A DNA stretch of 64,000 nucleotides from Phoronis australis. Taxonomy: Eukaryota > Animalia > Phoronida. The position numbers and the translations under genes were made by a program. This document shows positions 10,627 through 42,500 of this stretch, one piece after another. Numbering within the stretch: position 1 is the first letter of the stretch; the number at the start of each line of letters is the position of its first letter. The notes below the pieces were generated by a model. That model searched no databases, was not told the DNA's origin, and was given only the letters and a program-made list of their open reading frames with translations. The DNA lies in contig NMRA01000368.1 in assembly GCA_002633005.1 (NCBI GenBank), positions 366,920-430,919 on the forward strand, written 5' to 3'.

Positions 10627-12043
10627 TGCATGTCTACGGTGACCTTCCCGCCGTCCAGTCGTTTGGTCTCATGGTAACTGCTTTCTCGTTTAGTGCTTGG
10701 CCTGAACTTGCAGGAAAGTGTTGACCCAGTGCCATCGCCATCAGCGAGGTAGGTGACCCCCTTAGCATGAAAATGTGCGAGACGCACAGGACTGCAACCA
10801 TCTATTGCGCCATATGACTGTCTTGGTCTACTGGAGGGGTAGTGGTCTTTGTTGAACGAACTGTGTCCCTTCTGAATTGTCCTTTTTCTCCCTCTGCTCC
10901 GAATGAAACTGTGTAACTTTTCAGGCTACTTTTTCTAACAAGACAAAATTGCATTAAGTCTAGTTGGCTCGGCTGGCAGCATTTTTGGGCCACATTTTTG
11001 GAATTCATAAAAATTTGCAATTGCATGGAATTGGTGGTTTGAGGATGAAAACATCGTCAATAGTTTTTGTTTTTAACACCTCTTCGGGGCTTCGTTTTCT
11101 ATTTCGGTGGAAGTGAAAGGGTCAAAAATAGGAGACAGAATGAAGACTTTGCGGTCTTATGTAGTGGTTTTGATGTTAAAGGACTCTCACCACTTTGGTC
11201 ACAGAGTCTTCGGAGAACTAGAGAACTAGATGAAAGCCAGCAAGTCCAATGACGTGTGCACTGACCGCCAAAACCTGATGAGAATTGGGCATGAAGAGTC
11301 CGGTAAGGCTAGACTTCGACAGATTACGTGAGATATTTTATGTATTTTATATGAGAACACGTGATTTTGGCTAGATTTTAGCGAGGTTTTAGCGTATGTC
11401 TTAGAGCTACTGAACTCTACCCTGAACAGTATCCCCATGCATAACCAGCATCTCACAAGACTTCGCAAGATCACGCGAGTAACAACCGAGTGTTCCGCTA
11501 GTATGACTCGAGAGCATACTAGCCTGTAGCAGCCAAAATGGCTGCTACCGAAGTTATTGGTTGGTGTTGAATTGTGGGGTTGAAATTTTGAGATTGAATT
11601 TACTTGTTTCCACTCTACAAGCGAAATGTTCTTGCCGAGAGTATATGGTAATTTGTTGCCGTCTAGTGAACGCTCCCCAGGTCTCATGAGTGGGTTAGGC
11701 TGTGGACGAGTGTAAATTAAAATCATCTGTTGTTTTTGTTGTAGAGAATAGTATACACAAACTGATTTCCACGAACACCCTTATATTACGCCAATTTATC
11801 TAGTACCGACTTCAAGGGACATTGAAGTAAACTGTTGGCAGATGACCGATGAGGGGTGGCGATGGGGAGAAAATTCCTTTCCAGAAAGTTTTAAGTCATA
11901 TTCTAAATTGCACATAACAGTCCGTACTGCTCATATCAAATCCATATGTGGAGTAGACTGGATTTATTGTTGCAGCTTATCAGAGGGTCAGTTTCATGTT
12001 ACAGTTGCTCAGAAGGTCAGTTTCTGTACCCTTACCAAATCCG

Positions 12044-12166
12044 CAGTGGCAGATCTACGATTTCAGTAAGGGGGGTTTAGGATTCGAGAGAATCCGAGGC
12101 GCGTAGCGCCGAGGAGCAGGAAGGTCGCGAGAGGGTTTCCCTCCTCCCGTGTAAGATTTTTTGGGA
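12044..12166 (+). mobile_element. CAGTGGC(A/G)GATCTA MITE fragment truncated at an N gap
   Basis: cagtggcagatctacga start; the body resembles the 7407 copy; N at 12167. Confidence 0.55.
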
Positions 12167-12440
12167 NCGGAGCTTTTTGCAAGTTGCATTTTTGTTTCAG
12201 TTTTTGATTCTGTGCGGATTGTTTATAAAATTTACTAAAATTACCCACCATCAAACATTTATGGCCCAATGAAACAACAACGACCTGTAAATTTTTATTT
12301 TTGTGAAGTACCACCGCCAGCCATTTTGAATTTAAATCAAATGCAACCACCCAAAAATTTTTATTTCAGTTGCCTTCCCCCCACCTCCCACACAGATTTT
12401 GCTGGAACAGCCCTAACTATGACAGGGTCAGCTAGACTGT

Positions 12441-12598
12441 GTAATAATAACTGGTCGAAAGTCTCCATGTACATTGTATGTATACAATAACTGGCCGAAA
12501 GTCTCCATGTACATGTATGTATACAATAACTGGACGAAAGTCTCCATGTATGTAGTATACAATAACTGGCCGAAAGTCTCCATGTATGTATACAATAA
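12441..12598. repeat. Minisatellite, ~4 units of 33-40 bp
   Basis: tacaataactgg(c/t/a)cgaaagtctccatgta(tg) repeated with variable tgta spacers. Confidence 0.9.
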
Positions 12599-14167
12599 GG
12601 ACAGCAGCGTTACCATTGCGTTGGAAAAGTCGCACCTTAAATTACGAAAATTACCGATAACTACTACAAAACGTATGAACACCTTTTTCAAAATTTTTAT
12701 CATCTTGTGACAACATGAAGATCGAACGGTGTTAACAACTAGATCTGTGAGTAAACTCATACCAGAGAGGACGATATGTCACAGACCACGGAGACGAACA
12801 CAAGAATGCAACAATCGAAGACCACACTGAATCATGTTAAGACTTTATTAAGAATAAATACAGCAAAGTGAACGCCACATAACAACTTATTATGGTCACC
12901 AAGAACTTGCTAGTCACAACAATTGCACACATCATTTCCCCCTGCTGAGCCACGCGCCTCACGGCTCTTTCACTTAGACGTATCAGTTTAAGGTATGATA
13001 ATCGCTCTCTTACCAAGCTCATGGCATCTAGAACAATTTTTTTTATTTTCTTTTACTTCTACAGGGTTGGTGAAGGTCAAAGTGTACGATTTCCAAAAGG
13101 AATTTAAAATCAAAGCATTTAATTCTAATGTTCTCCTGTTTGCTCAAGTTTGTCTCTGCTTAAACCTGACTTTTCCAGAGACCTATCTCTCTTTGTATTT
13201 GCATTGACAGCAAAAAGCAATCTTTACGTGCCCCCAGTTCTTGAAAACAGTCTTGAAATAAGGGAGTACTACAGTAAATTTGAACAAAGTCGTAGCTGGA
13301 CAATGAAAACCAACACCTTGAAACATGTTTTTTCTACACATTTTCACCATGCGTCCAATACAGAGACTGAACAGAGAACCTGTCATTTGCTTAACAATTT
13401 GTCAACATCTCAACACATGCACACTTGACGCAAATAATGTTTTCTTTCTAGTCCAATCGTTTTAAAAGTTGATCAATTTCTTCAAAAATCACCAAGTAGT
13501 GCAAAAATCAAGAGCGAAAACAAAAAAGGAAAGCTCAAAAGATTCTGTATTGTATAACAGACTGTATTTTCGTTCTTCAAAAACTCACAGAGGCGGCTTG
13601 TATTAAACTGCAACCAGTTAGTAAAATAGTTCCCGAGGAGAATGATAACAGGTTCACTGGCAGTGTTCGGTTGGTGAGAAAAACAGCAGCAGATGTTGGT
13701 AATAATGAAAGCGATGCATAGGACAGAGAGACCGTATATACAGGGAAACTCAGAGTCTGTTTTTGGCTTTGAAATACACAGGTGTCCCAACATAATAGAT
13801 ACGCTACAGAGTCTGTGCAATCTTGCTTTTAACCCTATAGCAATATTTAGATCCAAATGACCACAGAAAACTAAGTGAAATGTGGTGATGCCTTACCAGT
13901 ACCCCAAAGTAGACAACAATGTATCAAAATGACATCACTTGTGCACCTTCAACCAGACTGTCTGGTCTTCAGAGCAGATTCACTCAAAATGACACTAAGA
14001 AGTAAAAGGTAGTTGTCAGCTTGTTGCTAAGGAATCGAAACAGTTTATGCTAAAAGTCCATCTGTATTATCGACTCCTCCAGCCAAAATTATCATCATGA
14101 CCCAATTGGTCTTTCCGATTCGGTGCACCATCCGAAATTAACTTCTGTGTTAGCCAACAGGGTCAGG

Positions 14168-33684
<19,517 letters not shown>

Positions 33685-35759
33685 TTTTCACAGAGGCGAG
33701 TCTAGTACACTTTATACGTAGAATAATGTCACAGATTTCCACACTTATCAATCAAATTCATTAAATCACTCGGTAAGTAGACCACTTTATAGAAAACTCA
33801 GCTGTTCAGAAAAGAAATTTGAAGAAATGAATTATTTCAATCAACGGTTCTCGCGTCTCATAAGAAAAAGTAAAGATTTTTTCAGCATATTACTTTCACT
33901 TTCAACAGCCACCGCAATTCCTTGAGGCCCCCATGATCAGGAGTCATTCATGTTTGATTCAAAAGAACAAATTCACAGTTTTGGAAATCGCAGTCCCTTC
34001 AACACAATGATTCCTCCATAGCTCAATTTTGTGTCACTCACAGCAATGTGTAGTTATGCGCTGATAAAAATAGTTCTAGACTGCCAACAATTTTTTCAAA
34101 AATATAAAACAAAACAAGGAATTTCCATTCGCTCTGTCTTTTAGCGGAATACACAAACTTTTGTGTACTTACCAGTTCTTTTTTAGTAAACAAAAGCAAT
34201 TTAATTGGTGTTTGCGTATTGATTTTTAAATGTTACACGTAACTTTACCACCCATTGATAGGGGTCTCTGCAATGAAAGCAGCAGTGACTCACTTTGGGA
34301 GGTACTGTAACTAGTCGGAGCCGGCCCGGCGGAAACTATATGTTTCCGACTGGAACAACTACCCACCTAATCAGGTAAATCAATACATCACTTGAAATTG
34401 GTGAAAAACTTGGCATTTGCGTTTTGATGCTGCAACCATTCATTTTATGGAAATCTCGATCTATTTTAAGACAGGGCCATGAGCTGAGTCAGGTCACTTA
34501 AGTGGAAGATCTATTAGAACTCAGGGATATGCTATAATTAGCGCACTCAAAAGGGGCATTCGCGACAAATGGACAAGGACAAACTCTGAAATGTTATGAA
34601 AGCGACTTATATTTTTCCTGCATTTTAAAATGATGATTGCAGTCATGCATGTACGTACGTGCGCAACTCCGTGCTATGTGAATGTAGAATGATTATTTTT
34701 TATATATTTTCAACACCAGATAATATTAGGCAACTTTATGCAAACTTTAAAGTGAAATGTAAATCGTTTAGATTTCTAAATGATATCGCTGAAACCAACA
34801 TTTACCCGATGATATCCAAACTTCGTGAGCCCGCGAAAACTCAAAGAACAATAAAGCAAGTCATGAAGACGACATAGTTTTGACCCGGCGTCGTCTTCTT
34901 TTTTCTAACTGTTAGGCCAGCAGCATGTAGACCAATTAGTGTTACATCCGGGCGTATATTTCCACCTCGTTACGTTTATGATATTTGAGAAATACGTACA
35001 GTTTTTGGTTCCGAATTGACGCTCAAGCAAGTCAGTCAACGATCTAGTGCGGACTGTTAGTCCCCGGGAGCCTGAGTATCAAGGCTCTTGGTAGACAGAT
35101 AAAACTTTACTGATTTGAATATGTTGTCCGTCTATTGGAAGACTGGCTTACCGATCGAGCCACAACGAAAGCGAAGGGGGTCCACTCGTGACGTTTGATA
35201 ATTGAATACTACTAATGCAAGGCTGCCAACGCGGCCGAGAAGGCCTAATTCAGAGTCGATTTTCGTTTTTAACCAGCTTAACAGTGGCAAATGGAGCTTT
35301 AAGTGGTATATATTACGAATAGTTGTTTTCTATGCACATAAATGTAAATGTAAATGTAAATACGGACTTAGCTATTCGTTGTCAGTGGCAAGTGTGAATG
35401 ACTATCCTAAGTTCCTTGGTTTGAAAATATTATCATAACATATTAATTCAATTGTGAGTTTCCTTCAATTCAAAAAATATTTGATTTGTGTTATATTCTG
35501 TTATTTATAATGTACCTGGATATAACTATTCCCAGCCTAAGTTTCTGGGTTGTCAAATTAACGGGTTCAAAACGGAAAAAATAAAGAAAAAAATATTGAA
35601 AGAAAATTTATTAGAGTGGAGAGGCGGAAATAAAAAGTGACTTTGTTTCAATTTGAATGTGCATGAGTTTGTAATTTTACTGTGACAGGCATGCCAAGAA
35701 AGAGCCGTCTGAGTCACCCAACTTTGATCGGCTTGCCTTGATTCCACTCTATAGGCCTA

Positions 35760-37840
35760 TCTATGATAGCTGCACGGCCCTAGCTCCCGGCCACGGCTAG
35801 TGGCGCGTACTGCCGGACTGCTCGAGGACGGACCAACCATACACCCAGATATTATTCCCTGCCCGCGGTACCAAGTTCCCCGGCATATAGACCGTATCAA
35901 ACACATCTATTGAGCTATTTTCGAAATCATTATTTTGAACTCGCAAAATAATTAATTCCGGCCAAGTATATCATCTACCGTGCGCCGAGCCTTCAGTACA
36001 CCGGACAATTGCACCCGTCATGAACTGGTACATACGCGGAACAAATTACACAGTACAGATGGGCGGACTCAGTAGAACAGAATTTGAAATTTCCCGAACT
36101 GTCTCCTTCACAGATCCTTTAGCGGGTTCACAGGCACGACATCAGACCAGTGACGTCAGAGTGACTGTGCCTGACCCTCTGATTAACTGAAGCCGCAGTG
36201 ACTGGGCTGGCCAGCGGAGGGGCCGGTGATCAGGGCAGTCAATACCAGTGAAATTGACTTGTTACATCTCATAAAGTTTTAGACCTCTTCATCAACAAAT
36301 ATATATTGTCAGAGAAGCACACGAATCAAATAAGTTCAATTAATCTGGTATGAGTTCAAACTGAAAGGGATTTTAAACAAGACTATTGAGCGAAACACCT
36401 ATCCACAACACGGCACCGCTCGGGGCGCTGCAGTCATAACGGATACCACGTGACAATCACCATCGCCACAAGAAGCTCAAACTTGTTGAGTGAGCTTTTC
36501 AACTCATAACTTACAAGTAATTGACAAATACCTACATTATAAGGAGATTCATCAATAATGCTGTGATGTGCTTATAGTTGTATCTTACCAGAGATTTGAT
36601 TCACGCTTTGCTGTAACTGTTTGCAGGTAAGGATTATGTGTTTATTCGAAAAATTGAATTTACATTTACTGAACTGAGACTGAGTCTCACTGTCAAGTTG
36701 TTGCAGCCCAAACTGATGCCGTGCACCAAACTGATTTGGCACACTTCAGTTTGTCACGGGTTGGTGAACCAAACTGAGGCCTCTGCCAAACTGAAGCTGC
36801 CGTGACTTCCCAAAATTTTGCAAGTGTATAGTTCGTTGATTTCTTGATGCTGAGCAGCTAGAAACTGGCAATGGAAATGAGTCTTTACGCACCCACGCAG
36901 TGCCGTAGTGGAATGAGTATCTCTATTGACTGGTAGGATAGTCGGCATACAGCTGTGTCGTTATCAATTTGACTGTAGCAAACCAATGTTTACATAGTCT
37001 AGCTCTCTTATTGTCTGCGTAATCCAGCAAATGTTGTAAACAACGCCTGCCTGACGCTAATCGATATTTTTGCAAACGATTTTCAACAAATGTCGTGAGG
37101 CAGATTTGTTTTGTATGAAATACTTTCACCAAGAACTTCAAATGGCGAAAAATATGTTGTATTCAGTGGCGGATTTAGAGGGGCCAAGGAGCCCATGACC
37201 CCTCCTAAAATTCTCCCAGATTCTAGCTGGCACTTCAAGGTTGCGAATGTCGGATGGGCAAAATCCTGGCTACTACTCTGCCGTGCCCNCCTGGACCCGC
37301 CCCTGATATTACTGCAGGTTCAATAGCTAGGCCCGTAGAAGTACTCACCAGTTGAAACACAGCTACTCAAGCTTGAAAGAACCCAATCGAGGTGCATGTT
37401 GACACACTGCCAGCAGTATAAATAAAAGAAACATCCAGGGAAACTGACAAATCACAAGAGACCACAGAAAGATCAAAGTCAAATGATGTTGATGATTACA
37501 ACAAACGGTTGACATTCAGAGAAATTAGACTTAACTTTCACCTATCGACTTCTCTGTGTGACTGTAAGCTCAGACCAGCTTAACCACAGTGACTATTAAA
37601 AAAACGACTGGTTCAGAAGGGGTGTAAACAACTTCAGCTCTCCATGAGCGCATTGAGAGACCCTCTTTAAATAAAAGAGGCGGTTTAAGATTCAATTTGC
37701 CATACGTATGGAATGGTGTTTTGATGTCAATGCCGCGCTGTCTGGTCAAAACGCCACCAATTGGCCAGAATAACAATAACGTCACAAGCCCAACTGAAGT
37801 CCATGAGATGCGGATGCAACATCGCTAATTTTTGTGAGTC
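35760..37840. promoter_or_regulatory. Candidate shared (bidirectional) promoter / 5' UTR exon region for cul3 and the ERICH6-like gene
   Basis: CpG-enriched; GC box 36061, CRE tgacgtca 36151-36158, E-box ~36447, CCAAT ~37757. Unassigned donors on - (36588, 37348) and + (36627, 37834). Both genes' ATG exons begin with a splice acceptor (31904/33801 on -, 39498 on +). Confidence 0.45.
37164..37305. mobile_element. MITE, CAG(T/G)GGCGG-type TIRs, contains an N gap
   Basis: cagtggcggattta ... tggacccgcccctg; flanks gtatt / atatt. Confidence 0.7.
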
Positions 37841-39135
37841 GCTATTCCAGTATTAGACTCTATTTGTTTTCTCAACTGGATGTCTCAAAATTTTCATGCT
37901 TTTACCATAGTGAGTATTGTGTAGTAACACCAAAGGCGTGCTTGAAAAGTTTAATCGAGTGGGATTCTAGGTTAAATCATGATAATGGAAATTTCTTGAT
38001 TTTTACACTGCAGGAGAATGGTATGTAATGGCTCACGTATGAAGGTCATATGCTGGATTTATCACATGGGGGAAGTGTATTGCTAAACTGTTATGCTCCA
38101 CGCCTCACTCATTGCTGGAAATTTTAGATCTGTTAACTGAAAAAAAAACATTAGCAGTAATATGGGAACTTATATTTAAGCTTTAGTTTGGTCCACTTTG
38201 GGCTGCAACAATGTCAAGCCTTAAGTCAAACATCTATTTGTCACCAGTACATAAATATAATTATGTGTACTTAAGCAGGCCAAATCCAGGCTGACTTTCA
38301 GTGGTGACGGATTCAATCATAAACAATTTCTAAGAACGGGTCCAACAAACCACGACCAGTCATTCTTCTACTTGCATTGTCCATTGCCTGGTGTTGTGTT
38401 GTCATACAGTTAATGCATGTCAAGGTGGTCAGATAGGGAGTAGGGAGCCTTTCATGTTTCATATTGAATTTGATAAGAACTTACTGGAGCAGTACATTTT
38501 AAGGACTATCTAGAAAAATAATAACTATTCGTGGATTGTTGGACCCTTGTTTCTTCCTTGGAAATTTGTGCAGATTTTTGTTTGATAAAGATGCCTGAAA
38601 CTGGGCACATCTCAACTACTGGACTGACAAGGCAGGGAGACCTGTGGTTTTACTGGTTAGAATATTCTGACTCTCAAAAAGTACTAGGTGTTGTAATGTG
38701 ACATTTTTTGACTTCCAGGTGAGACACACAATCGTCTAAAGACTTACCAAATTGCCATCAATAGGCACAAATTGCCTCGTGGCCTGACAGTTTGGACCCT
38801 TGACTCGCATACAAATTGTCCAGGGTTCAGTGCTGACTGTCAACAGGTGGATTTTACAACACACTAGATTACACTTGCAGTTAGTCGCACTCTTTCAGCT
38901 GTTTACATTTTCTGATTCCAAAACCAAAATGTGTATTTGTGTACTAATTGTACGGACCGATTTCTTCTTGCCTTTGCTAAAACATCAATAAGTTCTTGTT
39001 GAGGTATTAGGGTCAATATTATTGACCTCAAAAATTCATGGCGGCCTTAACTGTATAAACTTCTCATTTTATCTAGTGATAGAAAGGAAGTTTTTCAGTG
39101 CAGAAAGCAGTGGCAGTAATATTTCAGTAGTTGAC

Positions 39136-39448
39136 CAGGGTTGGATCCAGGATTTTGAGTTGGGGGGGCAGGGCACAGTAATAACCAGAATTTCGCCACA
39201 AGCGTGCGCCCAGCCTAAAATGTAGGGATGCAGTGGTCTCGAATTTTTGGATTTGTGAACCTTAATGCTAAAAAAATGGTAATCGGGGTTTATTCAAGGC
39301 CTATGCATTGTGCATTTGACCCCCAACCCCCCTTGTTTGCGCGCATATGCTAGTCAGCAATTTGACCCCGAACAGCTAAATGGTATCTGGGAGAATTTTA
39401 GGGGAGGGCATGGCCCCCTTGCCCTCCCCTCCCCTAAATCTGCCACTG
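39136..39448. mobile_element. MITE, CAG(T/G)GGC-type TIRs with a 5-bp TSD
   Basis: cagggttggatccagg ... cctaaatctgccactg flanked by ttgac / ttgac. Confidence 0.75.
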
Positions 39449-39516
39449 TTGACGATATCCAATTGATGACATGCTTTCAATTGTATTTTCACTGTAGGTT
39501 TCCTAGTGGACTCAAC

Positions 39517-42500
39517 ATGTCGAGAAATTCAGACGACAGCTCTCTTGAGAGTATGTCGGACACTGAGGAAGTTGGACGTCCCAATGATGTTCGGCCGCCT
39601 TCACACGTGGAAACGGGAAGAACTAGTCAAACAATGCCACCACTGAGGACAGGGCGCAATACGCCATTGAGTGACAGAATGTCTGTGGGAAGTAGGGACA
39701 ACTCAGCAAATCTCAACAGGCACGAGCCATTGCCACCAATTCGTTCTACAGCGTCTGCTCATGGTGCCGACGATGATGAGTTACCAAGTGATGAGTCTTC
39801 AGATGAGCTGGAAAAAGTCAGTGCAGCAATGGATGATTTCAACGACCAAATTGTTTCAGGTAATCAGTGTTTTAGTTCAGTTACTTATTTCGTTCTTATC
39901 ATGTTCAATCTTTACCAGGACAATCTGCATGAATTTGTTAGAAAACGAGGTGTTGTGTCCAAACTGCACTGGTTCTGCATGTTTGGAGCACACGCTCTTT
40001 CACTTTTGCGTTGTTAAAGTTGAGACATTGTGTCCTAAACATCAGTGCACAAGGATCATTGTTGCAGCACGACTAATGTGTGCAAGGGGTGAATAGAACA
40101 CTCATTTGTCTGCTTTAGAGTGAAGGTAATACCAGGACTTCATACATTACTTTTATTAACATTAATGTCTTCTTGGTAATATTAAATAACTTACAGTTTG
40201 ACTATTCTCAGAACATCAGATCTCAGAAATGAACATATTAGGAAATAAAACCTTTGGATACAAAATGTGTTTAAAATTGGTTTCTATAAATTAAAATTCC
40301 TGATTTGTTGGATAAGACGTTTTCTATTTTTACTGGCTGTTACTGAAACGACCTAGTCACATGACCAAACCTATGGCTGGTTGAAACTCAGTCAATTTTG
40401 TTCCTGAGCAGAGGGAGTTTTCAATCAATTGTCTATGCAATTGCTCACCAATGCATACTGGCTGTTGAAAAGTAAACCAAAGAAAATGTACTACTAGTTG
40501 CGAATGGTGTAGAGAAGGTGTGCATCTTTTAGAAGAGGCATTATGGTCCAGTTTCTGGTTTCTTGGCTCGAAGTTGTGGCTTTGAGCCCCACTGGGGCAC
40601 ACTGCTGGACCCTTGAGTCAGATCTCTACTCCTCAGCTGTGTTTTAACTATGTAATTAACAAAGCATAAGAATGGTTCTTGGTAATCAATGAAATGAGCC
40701 CAACTGAACAGTCTGCATACTGGTGGCACAACATCTATCAGACAGCATGCAAAATAAGTTATTTTTGTGCTTCTTTAAACTCTAATCTTATAACATATTG
40801 TGTGTGAGTAGGCCTATAGTTTGCACAGACTTCACCATGGTCCCCAAGGACTGTCTATTAAGTCAATGCAGTTTTTGCTTGATTCAGTTTCAGAGTTTAA
40901 CGATCACCATCTGCACCATCAATCTTCCGCCACGTCTGCAGGTCAGCGAGAGGTGACCACAGGACTCGCCAGTGATGGACGAGAGATAGAGATGATCTCT
41001 ATTGACATTCAAACTGAGGTTAATATGGCTGCCACACCAGATGTCGTCCAAGGCATCAAAACAGGTAAGGTCCTTGATTTACTGTCCCTGACCACATGAT
41101 GAGCTCCATGTCATTTACTGTCCGCCTTTATGAGTTTCTTTCACACTTCATCAAATAACTGTTTAATTGCCCATTTTTAACCTTTAATTATTGAAGAATC
41201 TGTCCAGAAACGTTTTCACAATTGTGACTGCCATTTTTTTGTGAAAATAAATGTTTTGCTTTCAACATGAATTTCAAAAACTAAGGTGTTGATGACTTTG
41301 TGTTTGTACTATGTGGCAATATGTAGGGAACCATGTTGCAGATTTTTCTTTGATGTAAATCAACCCACGCACTGAAGAGAAACTGTCGTTGAAATCAGCG
41401 AAAAAGGTCGAAAATTTGAAGGCCTGTACTAATGCAATTTTGTTTTGTAAATTTGAAGTTCAAAAAGTACATTTCAGGACATTTAAAGCACGTGTGTTGA
41501 AATGAAGGGATTCGCAATGAAATATACTGACTGAAAGATGGAATGTTAGTGTTCTATTTGATTGTGTGTTTTTTCCACTTTCAGAAATCAAAAGTGGCAG
41601 GCAGATCATTTCAAGGATTGGATCGTCGCAAGCCCAAGATGCAGCACCCTTAGGTATTATTTTACAAGTTTTGACTCTTGTTTATACAAAAATATGGACT
41701 GTAATTACTCCATAGAGATATTTGTGTTGCTTAGAGAGTCCGTGTAGATGAGAAAAAATGCTCATTTGTTTGATAGAAATTCTTTTAAGGTGAAAATTAA
41801 TTATTTCTGAATGGCACTGTGCATTTTTGGGCATTCTGTAACGGTCCTTTTGGTCTCGTGCATGACTTTTCCCACCTTGCGGTGCTTCCAAAGCCTCAAA
41901 CTCATGACCAAGACCATTTGCAGAATGTGCGAAATGTAATGCCATCAAATGCCAAATTGGTTGTAAGTGAATGAATTTCTTCTTCTTTCTCCTGAAAGTC
42001 AGTTTTACCAGCCACCTGTTGTATCATGTGAATTGAATTTGATGGATTTTACAGCAGCAGCCTAAGATAGTAGTCTGTAGTTATATTACTGCAACTCAAT
42101 TAAATTGAGTGACAATGATACTAGCTTTTATTTGCATTGAACATACTGACAAGGTGTGGCTAACTGTTAGCTAGGAAGACAGCAATAGTAACTTACGGGG
42201 TTACTGGATTTTGAGAACCAGTTTAGTGCCAGTTATTCAGTGGATAAAATTGTTTCTTAAAATGTTTGACACCCTGTAATTGACTTACTTGAGCTACATG
42301 AATCTACTGTGGGCCCTAACTGACCAAACTCTGATTCGTTTTAATTGCTTTTTTCCTTCTGTAGAAGACGCATCTGAAAATAAATTAGACGCGTTTTCTG
42401 AGGATAAGACACAGGCAGATGAGACATCAAGCATGCCGTGGCCTCCTAGAGATGATGAGTTTGGTGTTCCTTTGTTGGAACTGAGCAGTGATTCTGAGGT

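Noticed and set aside
11274-11305. Hammerhead ribozyme at ctgatgag...gaag
   Set aside because: No stem II pairing and no GAAA box.
12441-12598. CRISPR-like repeat/spacer array
   Set aside because: Spacers are short tgta/tac variants rather than unique sequences, the context is eukaryotic, and no cas genes are present; it is a minisatellite.
38700-38725. Recursive splice site ttccag|gtgag
   Set aside because: It lies in what appears to be decayed tRNA-SINE sequence within a short intron, with no independent support.
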